Part shown: piece after piece, positions 7,315 to 15,808 of the stretch
How positions within the stretch are numbered: the stretch's first letter is position 1
Layout of the letters: every line of letters begins with the position of its first letter
Virus record (IMG/VR): IMGVR_UViG_3300033153_007854
Direction: 5' to 3' (one strand)
DNA from: an uncultured virus (IMG/VR IMGVR_UViG_3300033153_007854)
Lineage: Duplodnaviria; Heunggongvirae; Uroviricota; Caudoviricetes
DNA: 20,000 bases
Notes under the pieces: generated by a model
Database searches by the model: none
The model's input: the letters and a program-made list of their open reading frames with translations, nothing else
Told to the model about the DNA's origin: nothing
Made by a program: the position numbers and the translations under genes

Positions 7315-7838
7315 TTCTTTAGGAATATGGCTGGTATCAGAATGATTGCTCCGCCCCAGATTAGGAAGAAACCTATGGCGGGGGCCATGATGAGAGATAG
7401 ACCGCTATCTGATACTGCTTGCGGGAATATTGAGAGGAACAGATATGAGAAGATGAGAACCTCGATGAATAGCGGTATGAACGCTCCGATGATTCCCTTT
7501 CTCCCTTTGGAAAGCGAGGCGACGATGACGACGAGAGCCGTCAGGATGAAGACGATTCCGAAGAATGAGATGAGAGTCTGCCCGCCATCTGGTAGAACGA
7601 ACGTCTGGTCCTGGTAGGTGATGCCGTTGATGCCCATGCTGGCTGTTGCCTCTGAAACACCATCGGCATTGCCGTCGATGCTGATGTAGAACCATGGCGT
7701 GAGTGCGCCGATGATGACCAGGAGGCCAGCCAGGATGCATAGGATTAGTCCGATGTCGAGCTTGGTGCATTTCTTGGTATCCCCGTCCATCGCCCTTCCT
7801 ATTGGACACGCTTCCTGTTTCTTCGCCTTCTTGGTCAT
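7311..7838 (-). CDS. Four-TM membrane protein with N-terminal C-x12-C motif
   Basis: 175 aa with four hydrophobic segments. N-terminal CPIGRAMDGDTKKC. Has its own TATA at 7856-7874. Confidence 0.8.
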   Translation of the reverse strand: MTKKAKKQEACPIGRAMDGDTKKCTKLDIGLILCILAGLLVIIGALTPWFYISIDGNADGVSEATASMGINGITYQDQTFVLPDGGQTLISFFGIVFILTALVVIVASLSKGRKGIIGAFIPLFIEVLIFSYLFLSIFPQAVSDSGLSLIMAPAIGFFLIWGGAIILIPAIFLKK

Positions 7839-7879
7839 GGAAATCAGTACCCTTTAGGGGTTTATAAACATTTTGAAGT

Positions 7880-8157
7880 GGAGGTTGCCCCGGTTCCTAT
7901 TGACTTCCTTCATAGGACAGCCAGTACATCTACAATTTAGAGATTAGTGTGGCCCCATATCATTTTAATAGATATGGTCCGATAGCGACTTATTCCTTGC
8001 GGAACCGGGGCGAGAGTTCGTCGGTAGCCGCATCCGCTTCCCTCCCACATCCATGGATGATGTTTTCCTTTTTTTATGTAAGGATTGGGATGCGGGGGTG
8101 CTTGGATGTGGTGTAACGCACCCCCTTGGTGTGTGTAGTATTTCAGTGGGTATGTGG
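7880..8157 (-). ncRNA. Candidate structured non-coding RNA (ends approximate)
   Basis: A class A promoter lies upstream with no substantial ORF after it. Perfect pairings: 7887-7897/8001-8011, 8028-8035/8088-8095, 8094-8101/8118-8125 and 8045-8053/8103-8111, plus internal hairpins. Confidence 0.6.
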
Positions 8158-8173
8158 TAAGATAGCCTATTGC

Positions 8174-8194
8174 TTGGGGGCTTTATAAGCTTTT
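8174..8194 (-). promoter_or_regulatory. Class A promoter pointing into the ncRNA candidate (AAAAGCTTATAAAGCCCCCAA)
   Basis: Same motif as the pcn and 3461 promoters. Confidence 0.65.
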
Positions 8195-9407
8195 AGCTTA
8201 TCGAGGCTGCCATTAGGTCTTTCCAAACGTCCTTCCAGTCCTTCTGCTGCTCGAATAGCTCTGGGCAATGGGTTTTGATGGCTTCATCTATGTCGATTTC
8301 ATCGCCATTCTCGTCGGCGAAAAATGGGTGCTTGGGGACTATCCATTTATAACCATCTATCTCCCATAAGTGGAAAGTGCTTTCTTTCGTAATCGTCTTG
8401 TCCCATGAGCCTTTCCATGGGAACACCTTCACTTTCTCCATTATTTTATATTGGTTCTCCTCATATTTCTTTACCCTTGTAATGGAGCATTGTTTTGTGA
8501 TATTTGAGTTCAGAATGAGGGCTTTATAGTTAGGGTGGCCTTCTTCTACTGATAGTAGATTGAACTGAGCCACGACCTTGAACTGTCCCAGGTTGAGATT
8601 TAAGTTGTCCAGTTCTTGGAATGGGAATTCGCCCATCGCAATCTTGCTGTTCATCTCCGGGCATCTCTTCTTGATTTCTCCCACGATGCCTATCTTATTA
8701 CCGGATGCGTCCATCCAGTGTTCTGTGGCTATGGTCATCGTATGGCCTACAACTATTTTGTCTGACCACTCTTTCGGGTGATTCAATTCGTAGACCGGGG
8801 CGAAAGCGTGTGGTATGATTTGGATTTCTCCATTTTTCAACTTCCGATAGAGCCCCCGCTTGCATCTCTTTGACCCTGGATGCCAAAAGATGACGTTGAT
8901 GAAGTGTTGGATATTTTCTGGGTTGCCGACCCCATCACCCAATCCCCACGCTATGAGGTTCGCCATATCCTTGTCCAGTAAAACGTTATGCGGTATGAGT
9001 TCTTCGAGGGAGAAGTCATAATCTGGTTCCGTCCAGCATTCGGCCTTTAAAAGCTTGTTGATGTCTTGGACGACCCCACTCTTGTTCATCCAGGGGCCAT
9101 CGTATGCCGCAAGATGTTTTTGGCTTAATAACTGGTTAATGTCAGCTATGGTTGGATTAGTTGTTAATTCCATAGGCCAATCGTCTTCAGCCCCCCATAT
9201 TTTTATGGATTCATCATTTGGGAAATCCATATACGTCATTCCCACGAACTGGCATTTACCAGCTTTGTCTTTGAAAATGAGAGGAGCGTGATTGAGATTT
9301 TTTATCTTCGACTCTTCCTTTACTAACGCTACGATGTCCTTCTTCTTGACTCCCTTGAATATCCCCGGATAGGCTTTCTTGACCTTTGACCATGGGTAGG
9401 TAGGCAT
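8193..9407 (-). CDS. Hypothetical protein (404 aa) with C-terminal WKDVW motif
   Basis: Long ORF, leaderless from a class B promoter. No family recognised. Confidence 0.85.
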   Translation of the reverse strand: MPTYPWSKVKKAYPGIFKGVKKKDIVALVKEESKIKNLNHAPLIFKDKAGKCQFVGMTYMDFPNDESIKIWGAEDDWPMELTTNPTIADINQLLSQKHLAAYDGPWMNKSGVVQDINKLLKAECWTEPDYDFSLEELIPHNVLLDKDMANLIAWGLGDGVGNPENIQHFINVIFWHPGSKRCKRGLYRKLKNGEIQIIPHAFAPVYELNHPKEWSDKIVVGHTMTIATEHWMDASGNKIGIVGEIKKRCPEMNSKIAMGEFPFQELDNLNLNLGQFKVVAQFNLLSVEEGHPNYKALILNSNITKQCSITRVKKYEENQYKIMEKVKVFPWKGSWDKTITKESTFHLWEIDGYKWIVPKHPFFADENGDEIDIDEAIKTHCPELFEQQKDWKDVWKDLMAASIS

Positions 9408-9428
9408 TAAGAATCCTATCAGGCTCTA

Positions 9429-9450
9429 TTTATATATAGATTTGTAATCA
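9429..9450 (-). promoter_or_regulatory. Class B promoter (TGATTACAAATCTATATATAAA)
   Basis: TATA begins 31 nt before ATG 9407. Confidence 0.7.
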
Positions 9451-10338
9451 ATCCCCATCCCCACCTACCGGGGCGAGGCGAATCTGGACCTTTGGTACGA
9501 ATTGGCCATCCTCGCCGAGAATCAGGGTATGTATCCGGGCCTGGACTATGAATGGGATGTCGCTGATTTCTTGGTCATCCTCATCCTTTAGGTCTGATAA
9601 TATTATGATGTCTCCTGTTATCGGGACCATTTCCAATTCATCGGTGTTGAGAGGAATTATTCTTGAGGCCGCCATTATGAAGATGTTGTAGCCTGATAGG
9701 TCCATCTCGCCGCCCAGGTCATTACTGATGGGCTTTCCGAAAAGCCTGAGTTCGCACTTCAGTCCAGACTCGGTTTGGATAATGTAATACGCTTTCACGA
9801 TGAGGCCGATTGGATTGGACAGTAGTTCCTTGTCCTCTTCTGTCTTTAGGTCTTGGAACGTGATGATGTCGCCCCTCTGTGGGATTGTGATTATTTCGTC
9901 CGGTGGAATGGGGACGAGCCTTTTGAAGTCCACGTTCAGCGTGATGTTCTGGTCTTGGTTTTCTAGGTAGGGCTGGTAATTGTCAAGTAGCATTTCTTGA
10001 AGTTGTTTGTCGTCGCCACATTCTCCCGCCAGGGATACTGCGATGTCGGGGTTTTCCTCTGATAATCCCACGAATGCTTCCTTCCCAGTAATCATCACTG
10101 GTGCTTCGGGGGCAATTTGGTCACCGAATCCGATGAATACGATGGCATCCGTTATCTGTGGGATTGACGGGAAGATGCTGACAGGTAATTTGATGTTCAT
10201 GTCATCAACTTGGAGTGCGATGTGGTCGGTGTTCTCCTCTTGTTCTGGCTCCGGTTCGGGTTCGGGCTGTTCCTCAGTTGGTTCTGGAGCGTCCTCCAGG
10301 CTGACCTGCCCGGTATCCTCTGGCACTCTATTCACCAT
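9448..10338 (-). CDS. Acidic protein with two to three internal repeats (P-x-x-G-D-I-I)
   Basis: Start re-called at ATG 10338, overlapping the upstream stop. IPQRGDIITFQDLKTEEDKEL aligns with VPITGDIIILSDLKDEDDQEI. Confidence 0.8.
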   Translation of the reverse strand: MVNRVPEDTGQVSLEDAPEPTEEQPEPEPEPEQEENTDHIALQVDDMNIKLPVSIFPSIPQITDAIVFIGFGDQIAPEAPVMITGKEAFVGLSEENPDIAVSLAGECGDDKQLQEMLLDNYQPYLENQDQNITLNVDFKRLVPIPPDEIITIPQRGDIITFQDLKTEEDKELLSNPIGLIVKAYYIIQTESGLKCELRLFGKPISNDLGGEMDLSGYNIFIMAASRIIPLNTDELEMVPITGDIIILSDLKDEDDQEISDIPFIVQARIHTLILGEDGQFVPKVQIRLAPVGGDGD

Positions 10339-10471
10339 CCAGAATCTTGAACTTCTTGTGGCCGCCGAGTTCACTGGGTTCTTCCAGTTCTTCGGCTTTC
10401 TTGCCCGCCATCTCGATTATGGCCATGAAATGCCCTTTCATTTCCCTTTGCACATGGACTATGAATTCCAT
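10328..10471 (-). CDS. Small hypothetical protein (47 aa)
   Basis: Start re-called at 10471 because it has a class A promoter and the same ATGGTGATACGATGGA RBS/start 16-mer as pcn. Confidence 0.65.
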   Translation of the reverse strand: MEFIVHVQREMKGHFMAIIEMAGKKAEELEEPSELGGHKKFKILDGE

Positions 10472-10495
10472 CGTATCACCATTACACTCTATAGC

Positions 10496-10514
10496 TTGGG
10501 GGTTTATATGATTT
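10496..10514 (-). promoter_or_regulatory. Class A promoter (AAATCATATAAACCCCCAA)
   Basis: Same motif and same spacing to ATG as the pcn promoter. Confidence 0.7.
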
Positions 10515-10517
10515 CCG

Positions 10518-12608
10518 CTACTTGTGATTGTGATAGCAGCCCCCACAGTAGAGCGGGCCGCTCCCCTTTGGCTCGAATGGAACGGTTGCTTCTTCCCCAC
10601 AGTCGGCGCATATGATTGGATATTGCTTCTTACCCCATTTCTGCTTTGGCTTCTCCTCTGACGGGTCCACATCGTCAAAGTCAAAGTCGGCCTTTGCTAT
10701 CGGTTTCTTTGGCGGCTCGTATTTGACCCATAGGGCGTTGGGGAGCTGCCCCTTGTCTATTCTACTCCTTGATATGGTTTCCACCATCGGGAAGTCCTCG
10801 ATGACCTTGATTTGGGTCTGCCATGGCTGTATTGGTGTATCTTGAATGTAATGCAGGAGCGTAAGATAGTCGCTGAACTCGTTCAGGTCCAGTATTATCA
10901 TTTCTGATAATTTGCCCTGGTCCGTCAGCTCCATGAAACGTTCAAGCTCCGGCTGGACATCGAAATCCTCTGAACGGATATGAATATCGAACTTGTCCTT
11001 GTTGCGATACTTGCAACTGACCAATATCTCTTTTCCATCCTTGTATAATATTCTAACGTCAGGCTGCCCTTTCTCGCCTTCCCTGGCAATGAATTGGACT
11101 TGGGCTGAGTCTATCACCTTGATGCCATTCGCTATGAGGTCATGGCCGCTCTTGACCATCTGTACGACGTATTCTTCCCAGGCTTGGCCGGATATGGTGT
11201 TCAGGAGTCCCTCTATCTTCTTGTAGCCACCCTTGTTCATCATCTTCGAGATGGTTCCCTGTGTGTACCCGAGGATGGTTCCTGCCTGTTGTTGACCCAT
11301 CTTACCCCCGACGACCAGTGGGGCTATCTGTTCAGGATATATCTTTTGGTTCTTACTGTTCTTCATAGATAGCCTGTCTTCATTCATGGCCTCGATGACA
11401 TTCAGCGGGTGGTCCAGCAATAATTTGCAGTAGATTGGCAAACCTTTTATTTGACCAGTGTTCAATATTCCCAGAAGGGCATTGTATTCGTTGAAATGGA
11501 ATTTTGGGGCTAAATCGGTTCCGTCCGTGTTGATGTGCTCGGTAGCGAGGGAAGAGGCAATCTCATCAGCGTTTATCCCAGCATCCTCAAGAATGTCAGC
11601 TATCTCGTCCAGAATATCCCTCATAATACCCTTGTCAGATTCGGCCTTCAACCACAGTTGGGGATGATTGTCCCTGATGTACTTTCGTAATCGCCTCTGA
11701 GCGGTCTTCTTGTCGCCCTCCCAGTCTATCTTGGCGTTAAGTATTATGTTCTGGGCGATTTCCACTACTTCCCGGTTCCATTTCTCAAGCTTGTCGAGAG
11801 CCTTCTCGCCCTTCGCTTTGACCCAATATGTATAATCAATCTTCGGCATAGGGAGATGTAATTCCCCGATGAAGGCCCCGTTTCCAAGTGAAACAACCAT
11901 GTCACCCCTGGCTTTGTGATTGTGCTTGATGTAAATCTGGAAGGCTATCTTCTTGAGCTTGTAGAATAGGTCGTGTCTTCCCCCGAGTGCTTTGATAATA
12001 TCCGTTTTATCCTCGACCAAGGGTGTCTTGAAAATCTGAACAACGCCTTCTCTGAAGGTTTTATCGAGGCCGGAAAATATCTGGGAGCCCCAGATGATAA
12101 TGACTACCCCGGTCTTTGTCTCCATGCGGCGTTCCAGTTCGTGCCTGATTTCGAGAAAGTCTGCGATGGCACTCCGCACCTCTTTGGTCCTACCGCTTCT
12201 GGAGTGATAGTTCCTCAACGGGTCATCAATGTTCAATACCTGTACTGGCTTCTCATCCAGGGACTCCACCAATGCATCAAAGCTCTGAGACATTGGGCAG
12301 TTGACAAGCTCCTTGCCCGTCATATCGCCCCATTTAGAATCTTCTCTGCCAGCATATTTTTCCTGGTATCCTTCAACGGCTACTTCGGCGAGCTTTTTCT
12401 GCGTGGTTGTCTTCCCGCAACCTGGCTTTCCAAAGATGGCGATGTCTACAAATAGGACCATGCCATCTTCTATTTCGGGCGTTATTGCTTCCTTAAGCAA
12501 TTTGTATGGGTCTTCATGGTGAGGCATCTTCTGACGTTTCCATCGTTTCACCCCTTTGCGAATGTCGTGAAAGCCCATCGGCCTGATTCTTAATCTACGT
12601 TTGGGCAT
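10518..12608 (-). CDS. A32/Zot-like P-loop ATPase fused to HTH, PD-(D/E)XK-like nuclease and CxxC-x17-CxxC zinc ribbon
   Basis: ATPase: Walker A GKPGCGKT, Walker B VLNIDD, then SR...IRH, IIIWGSQ and LDKTFR. HTH-like: QQQAGTILGYTQGTISKMM. Nuclease-like: WEEYV...QPDVRI...VSCK. Zinc ribbon: CADC-GEEATVPFEPKGSGPLY-CGGC. Confidence 0.85.
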   Translation of the reverse strand: MPKRRLRIRPMGFHDIRKGVKRWKRQKMPHHEDPYKLLKEAITPEIEDGMVLFVDIAIFGKPGCGKTTTQKKLAEVAVEGYQEKYAGREDSKWGDMTGKELVNCPMSQSFDALVESLDEKPVQVLNIDDPLRNYHSRSGRTKEVRSAIADFLEIRHELERRMETKTGVVIIIWGSQIFSGLDKTFREGVVQIFKTPLVEDKTDIIKALGGRHDLFYKLKKIAFQIYIKHNHKARGDMVVSLGNGAFIGELHLPMPKIDYTYWVKAKGEKALDKLEKWNREVVEIAQNIILNAKIDWEGDKKTAQRRLRKYIRDNHPQLWLKAESDKGIMRDILDEIADILEDAGINADEIASSLATEHINTDGTDLAPKFHFNEYNALLGILNTGQIKGLPIYCKLLLDHPLNVIEAMNEDRLSMKNSKNQKIYPEQIAPLVVGGKMGQQQAGTILGYTQGTISKMMNKGGYKKIEGLLNTISGQAWEEYVVQMVKSGHDLIANGIKVIDSAQVQFIAREGEKGQPDVRILYKDGKEILVSCKYRNKDKFDIHIRSEDFDVQPELERFMELTDQGKLSEMIILDLNEFSDYLTLLHYIQDTPIQPWQTQIKVIEDFPMVETISRSRIDKGQLPNALWVKYEPPKKPIAKADFDFDDVDPSEEKPKQKWGKKQYPIICADCGEEATVPFEPKGSGPLYCGGCYHNHK

Positions 12609-12611
12609 TGT

Positions 12612-13130
12612 CTATGAGTCGTCGTCCTTTTCGGCCTCTTTGGTCATTGCTATGGCATAGAGGCCCATCTCCCTGTGCTTGGCCGTGATGTAGAGCAGGC
12701 CGCCGTCGATGAATAGGACCAGCATTGCCAATGGCCACCAGTTCTGTCCGAGTCTGTCATAGAGTGCCGCAATCCAGAATATCAGACCCGTTATCGTGCC
12801 GAGGATGAGCATTGTGGCGAGGTTCATCCAGGTTCCTTTGGTCACCGGGTTCTTGATATTGAAGATGCCGGGTTTCGCCATCTGAACAGCCTTCTGCCCT
12901 GCCGCCCTCGCCGCCTCTCCAGAGATTTTGTCGCTATATGCGCCCGCAATCTGCTGGGGGACATTCAATTGGTCTATGAGTTCTTGTGCCGATTCTTTGC
13001 TCATGACGACCTTATCTCCAACGAGTTGAGCGGGTTGACCAGCCATATTTATGTCTTCGACCTTCGGCCCTCTCTGCCTCGCTTGCAAGGGTACGCTCTT
13101 GCTACCAGTTCCAGTTCCGTTATCTTTCAT
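12612..13130 (-). CDS. Two-TM membrane protein
   Basis: 172 aa with two C-terminal hydrophobic helices. GGAGG RBS. In frame with the ATPase across TAG-ACA-ATG. Confidence 0.85.
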   Translation of the reverse strand: MKDNGTGTGSKSVPLQARQRGPKVEDINMAGQPAQLVGDKVVMSKESAQELIDQLNVPQQIAGAYSDKISGEAARAAGQKAVQMAKPGIFNIKNPVTKGTWMNLATMLILGTITGLIFWIAALYDRLGQNWWPLAMLVLFIDGGLLYITAKHREMGLYAIAMTKEAEKDDDS

Positions 13131-13935
13131 CTTTCTGTCCTCCGATTTGCCGATTGAATGTTTTCAACATTAAGTTGTATGAGACTTTCATCAATTCGAA
13201 CTTCCATGGCCTCAGACCCACCCTTCTAGTTCTCACTTTCGGAACTATCTCACCAGTCCTCATCTTTTCAAGCGTGTTGGCAATTTCGATTAGTTGGGCC
13301 TTGATAGTGTCTTCCATCGAATCGTACTGGTTCTTGATGCTGTCTCGATAGTCCGTGTAATATGTCAGATTGTGATTCCAGATTGCGTCCTCGAACTGCT
13401 CAAAGGCTTTATCCCATGATTTTTCGAGGTCTTCTACCCACTTTTCGTCTACGTCTATGCCCTCGAAATTGAGTTCTATCTCCATGTCTACGAAGCTTGC
13501 TTCCTCATCGTATTCCATGCCAAGGTTGCATTCCCCCATCTCCATGAGGCCGCACTCTTCACAGACCTTCTCCCTGGCTTTCGGGTCATCCCTGACATCG
13601 TTGATTTTCTTGCACTTCAGTTCATCCTCCCAAACACCATCATCTCTCTTTATAATGTGCTTGAGGTGGGTCAGTGCCCCGATGATAATGGAGGGCTCCT
13701 CTCTTGCGATATTGTATATTTTATTCGGAGCTTGGAGTCTGACGTAGTACCAGTATACCCACTTCCCGATGTATGTAGCCGTGTCTGTCGTGATGAGTCC
13801 GAGGGATACGAGTTCCATGAGGTATCCTATTGACAGCTTGTATGGTCGGACATATTCCCCGAGGGCGAAGTCCACTTTGATGGTGGGCGATAGATTCGTC
13901 CCTATCGGGACCAATACCTCTTTCTTTTCTGGCAT
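13120..13935 (-). CDS. Hypothetical protein with Cys cluster and acidic helical region
   Basis: 271 aa with C..CEEC..C. Coupled to both neighbours. Confidence 0.85.
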   Translation of the reverse strand: MPEKKEVLVPIGTNLSPTIKVDFALGEYVRPYKLSIGYLMELVSLGLITTDTATYIGKWVYWYYVRLQAPNKIYNIAREEPSIIIGALTHLKHIIKRDDGVWEDELKCKKINDVRDDPKAREKVCEECGLMEMGECNLGMEYDEEASFVDMEIELNFEGIDVDEKWVEDLEKSWDKAFEQFEDAIWNHNLTYYTDYRDSIKNQYDSMEDTIKAQLIEIANTLEKMRTGEIVPKVRTRRVGLRPWKFELMKVSYNLMLKTFNRQIGGQKDER

Positions 13936-13936
13936 T

Positions 13937-15526
13937 CTATACTCCTATCTGGGCTTCTCCGACTTCGGACATCAATTTGGCTTCTTTGTCAGCCATGCGT
14001 TCATGGGTGGACAAATCCCCCTCGACCACGTTGAGCAGCCTCTCGAACTCCACTCTGTTCTCTGTTGTGTCGAATGGCGACCTGCCGAACATCTCCACCA
14101 GTTGGCCGGATGCGTCGTATCTCTTCTTGAACTTGATGAGCTTCATGAGGACATCAATCATTCTATCCCTCGCCATGGCCTCCCTGTTGTGGTTTTCCTG
14201 GGCGAAGTAATCCCAGAGCGATACAAAGTACGGAAGGCCCCTATGATAGATGGCGGCTGGGATGATTGTGAATATCTGTCTGAACTTCATCCCCCGCTTG
14301 TAGAAGCGATTCATATCCTTGGAGGCTACCTTCGTTGGGGCTTTCCCCATCTTAATGGCCTTCTTCTTAGCCTCGTTGATGACATCCATGACGTTCTCCC
14401 GTGTCATTTTCCAATTGGGGTCCACGAACATCATCGGGTACTTTCCCTGCCAATAAACTGGTGATTCGAGGTCTTTTTCATTCATACCGTCTACCCGGAA
14501 CAGAGTATCACGGTCCTTCATTCTGTCCACCCATGATTTATCCCTGCCCGTCTTGATGGCTATGCAACGCTCCCCAAACTCGTTGGTATACCGTCGGGCC
14601 ATGACGCCCATGAGATTGAACTTGCCGTCTGCCCTTTGCTGAAGCCAGCTTATCATCTCTAGTCCCGGTATCTTCTCTTTGATGTAAGCCCACAGGTAGA
14701 TGATTATGAAGACTATGACCCCCGTTGTGATGAGGCCGAAATATGCGAACGTGGTCAGGAACTCGTTCCTGGTTGTTGCCGGATTGCTGACCTTTATAAT
14801 GGTGAAAGCCAGGGCCAAAGCGATTGTGATGATTGAGGCCGTCAGGACGATGCCGTTGGTCTTATTGGCAACTGAGTCCTCCAACTCGTGTTTCTTGTTG
14901 TAGACCGCAAGCTTGATTGCCAGGACGAACATGATGGCCATGATGAAGACCACCCCGATGATGTAGATAGGCGTCTTGAGTGGGTTCTCCTCGACGATGA
15001 GGCGTTCTGCCTCCATTATCGCTTCATCTGCTTCCGCCCTCTGCTGGTCTATGTATTGCTCATAATATGGGTTCGACTGGGTTGAGGGCTCGTCAAGAGT
15101 GAGGACGTATGATAACCGCTGGAACTTCATTCCAGACGGGTCTTCCAGCTCCAGTATTTGACTGACATCATGGTTCTGGACCATTAGATAGATATTGTCT
15201 GAAGCATCGCCCTTGACCACGACATCGGGCTCGTAGTAATCCTCCAGAGTGTATGTCCCCTCAGTGACGGCATTATGTTTGAGCAACAATGAATAGTTCC
15301 CTTGCGCCCCTTTCCATAGAACGATGATTTTAACTGGAACAATCTGCTCCGGGGCCATTGGTGCGCCGTTCTCTGGGGCTATGAGGACCACTGACATATT
15401 CTCATATTCGGCCCTGTAGACCATGTTGGTATAGGTCGTCATGTCGTCCTGTGATTGAGCCTGGGCCTGAAATGGTATCAGGATTAGGACCAGTAGCATT
15501 ACAGCTAATATGTACTTCAATTTCAT
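13937..15526 (-). CDS. Signal-peptide-bearing membrane protein: extracellular domain, three TM helices, cytoplasmic domain
   Basis: 529 aa. MKLKYILAVMLLVLILIPFQAQA signal peptide and three hydrophobic helices in the middle. Confidence 0.88.
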   Translation of the reverse strand: MKLKYILAVMLLVLILIPFQAQAQSQDDMTTYTNMVYRAEYENMSVVLIAPENGAPMAPEQIVPVKIIVLWKGAQGNYSLLLKHNAVTEGTYTLEDYYEPDVVVKGDASDNIYLMVQNHDVSQILELEDPSGMKFQRLSYVLTLDEPSTQSNPYYEQYIDQQRAEADEAIMEAERLIVEENPLKTPIYIIGVVFIMAIMFVLAIKLAVYNKKHELEDSVANKTNGIVLTASIITIALALAFTIIKVSNPATTRNEFLTTFAYFGLITTGVIVFIIIYLWAYIKEKIPGLEMISWLQQRADGKFNLMGVMARRYTNEFGERCIAIKTGRDKSWVDRMKDRDTLFRVDGMNEKDLESPVYWQGKYPMMFVDPNWKMTRENVMDVINEAKKKAIKMGKAPTKVASKDMNRFYKRGMKFRQIFTIIPAAIYHRGLPYFVSLWDYFAQENHNREAMARDRMIDVLMKLIKFKKRYDASGQLVEMFGRSPFDTTENRVEFERLLNVVEGDLSTHERMADKEAKLMSEVGEAQIGV

Positions 15527-15801
15527 GGTGAACCACCATACTTGTTCTGTATGCCTTGTAGGTCGGCCAATATTAACTTTACGGCCTCTGAATCGGATAT
15601 AGCGGTGTCCCTGCTTTGAATCAAGAAGGTGCAGGTCATCATTATAATTTGAATCTTCATCTCATAAGATACTTGGTTTGGGATTTCCGAGAAGAACTCT
15701 GATATTCCTAATGTGTCTTTGTCCTTCTCCAGACCTTGGAAAAGTTTGTTGATTTGGACCTTCGTGTGTTTACTAATCTGTAGAGTTGAAATGTCGCCCA
15801 T
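15523..15801 (-). CDS. Ribbon-helix-helix-like DNA-binding protein
   Basis: STLQISKHTKVQINKL...SYEMKIQII resembles the archaeal T-I-Q-I-S..T-K...S-Y..-I RHH pattern with an insertion. First gene of the operon. Confidence 0.6.
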   Translation of the reverse strand: MGDISTLQISKHTKVQINKLFQGLEKDKDTLGISEFFSEIPNQVSYEMKIQIIMMTCTFLIQSRDTAISDSEAVKLILADLQGIQNKYGGSP

Positions 15802-15808
15802 CCGATGG

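Noticed and set aside
7887..8011. Canonical tRNA or tRNA-Sec
   Set aside because: No GTTCRA T-loop, no 7-nt anticodon loop and no clear bulge-helix-bulge intron. Kept only as a tRNA-like domain.
5671..8027. 12-mer CTACCGACGAAC at 5671-5682 (+) and 8016-8027 (-) as a guide-target pair
   Set aside because: Multiple 12-mer matches are expected by chance in 20 kb over both strands, and the match does not extend.
8126..8157. CA-rich leader as a reverse transcriptase template
   Set aside because: No reverse transcriptase is in the window and the tract is short and irregular.
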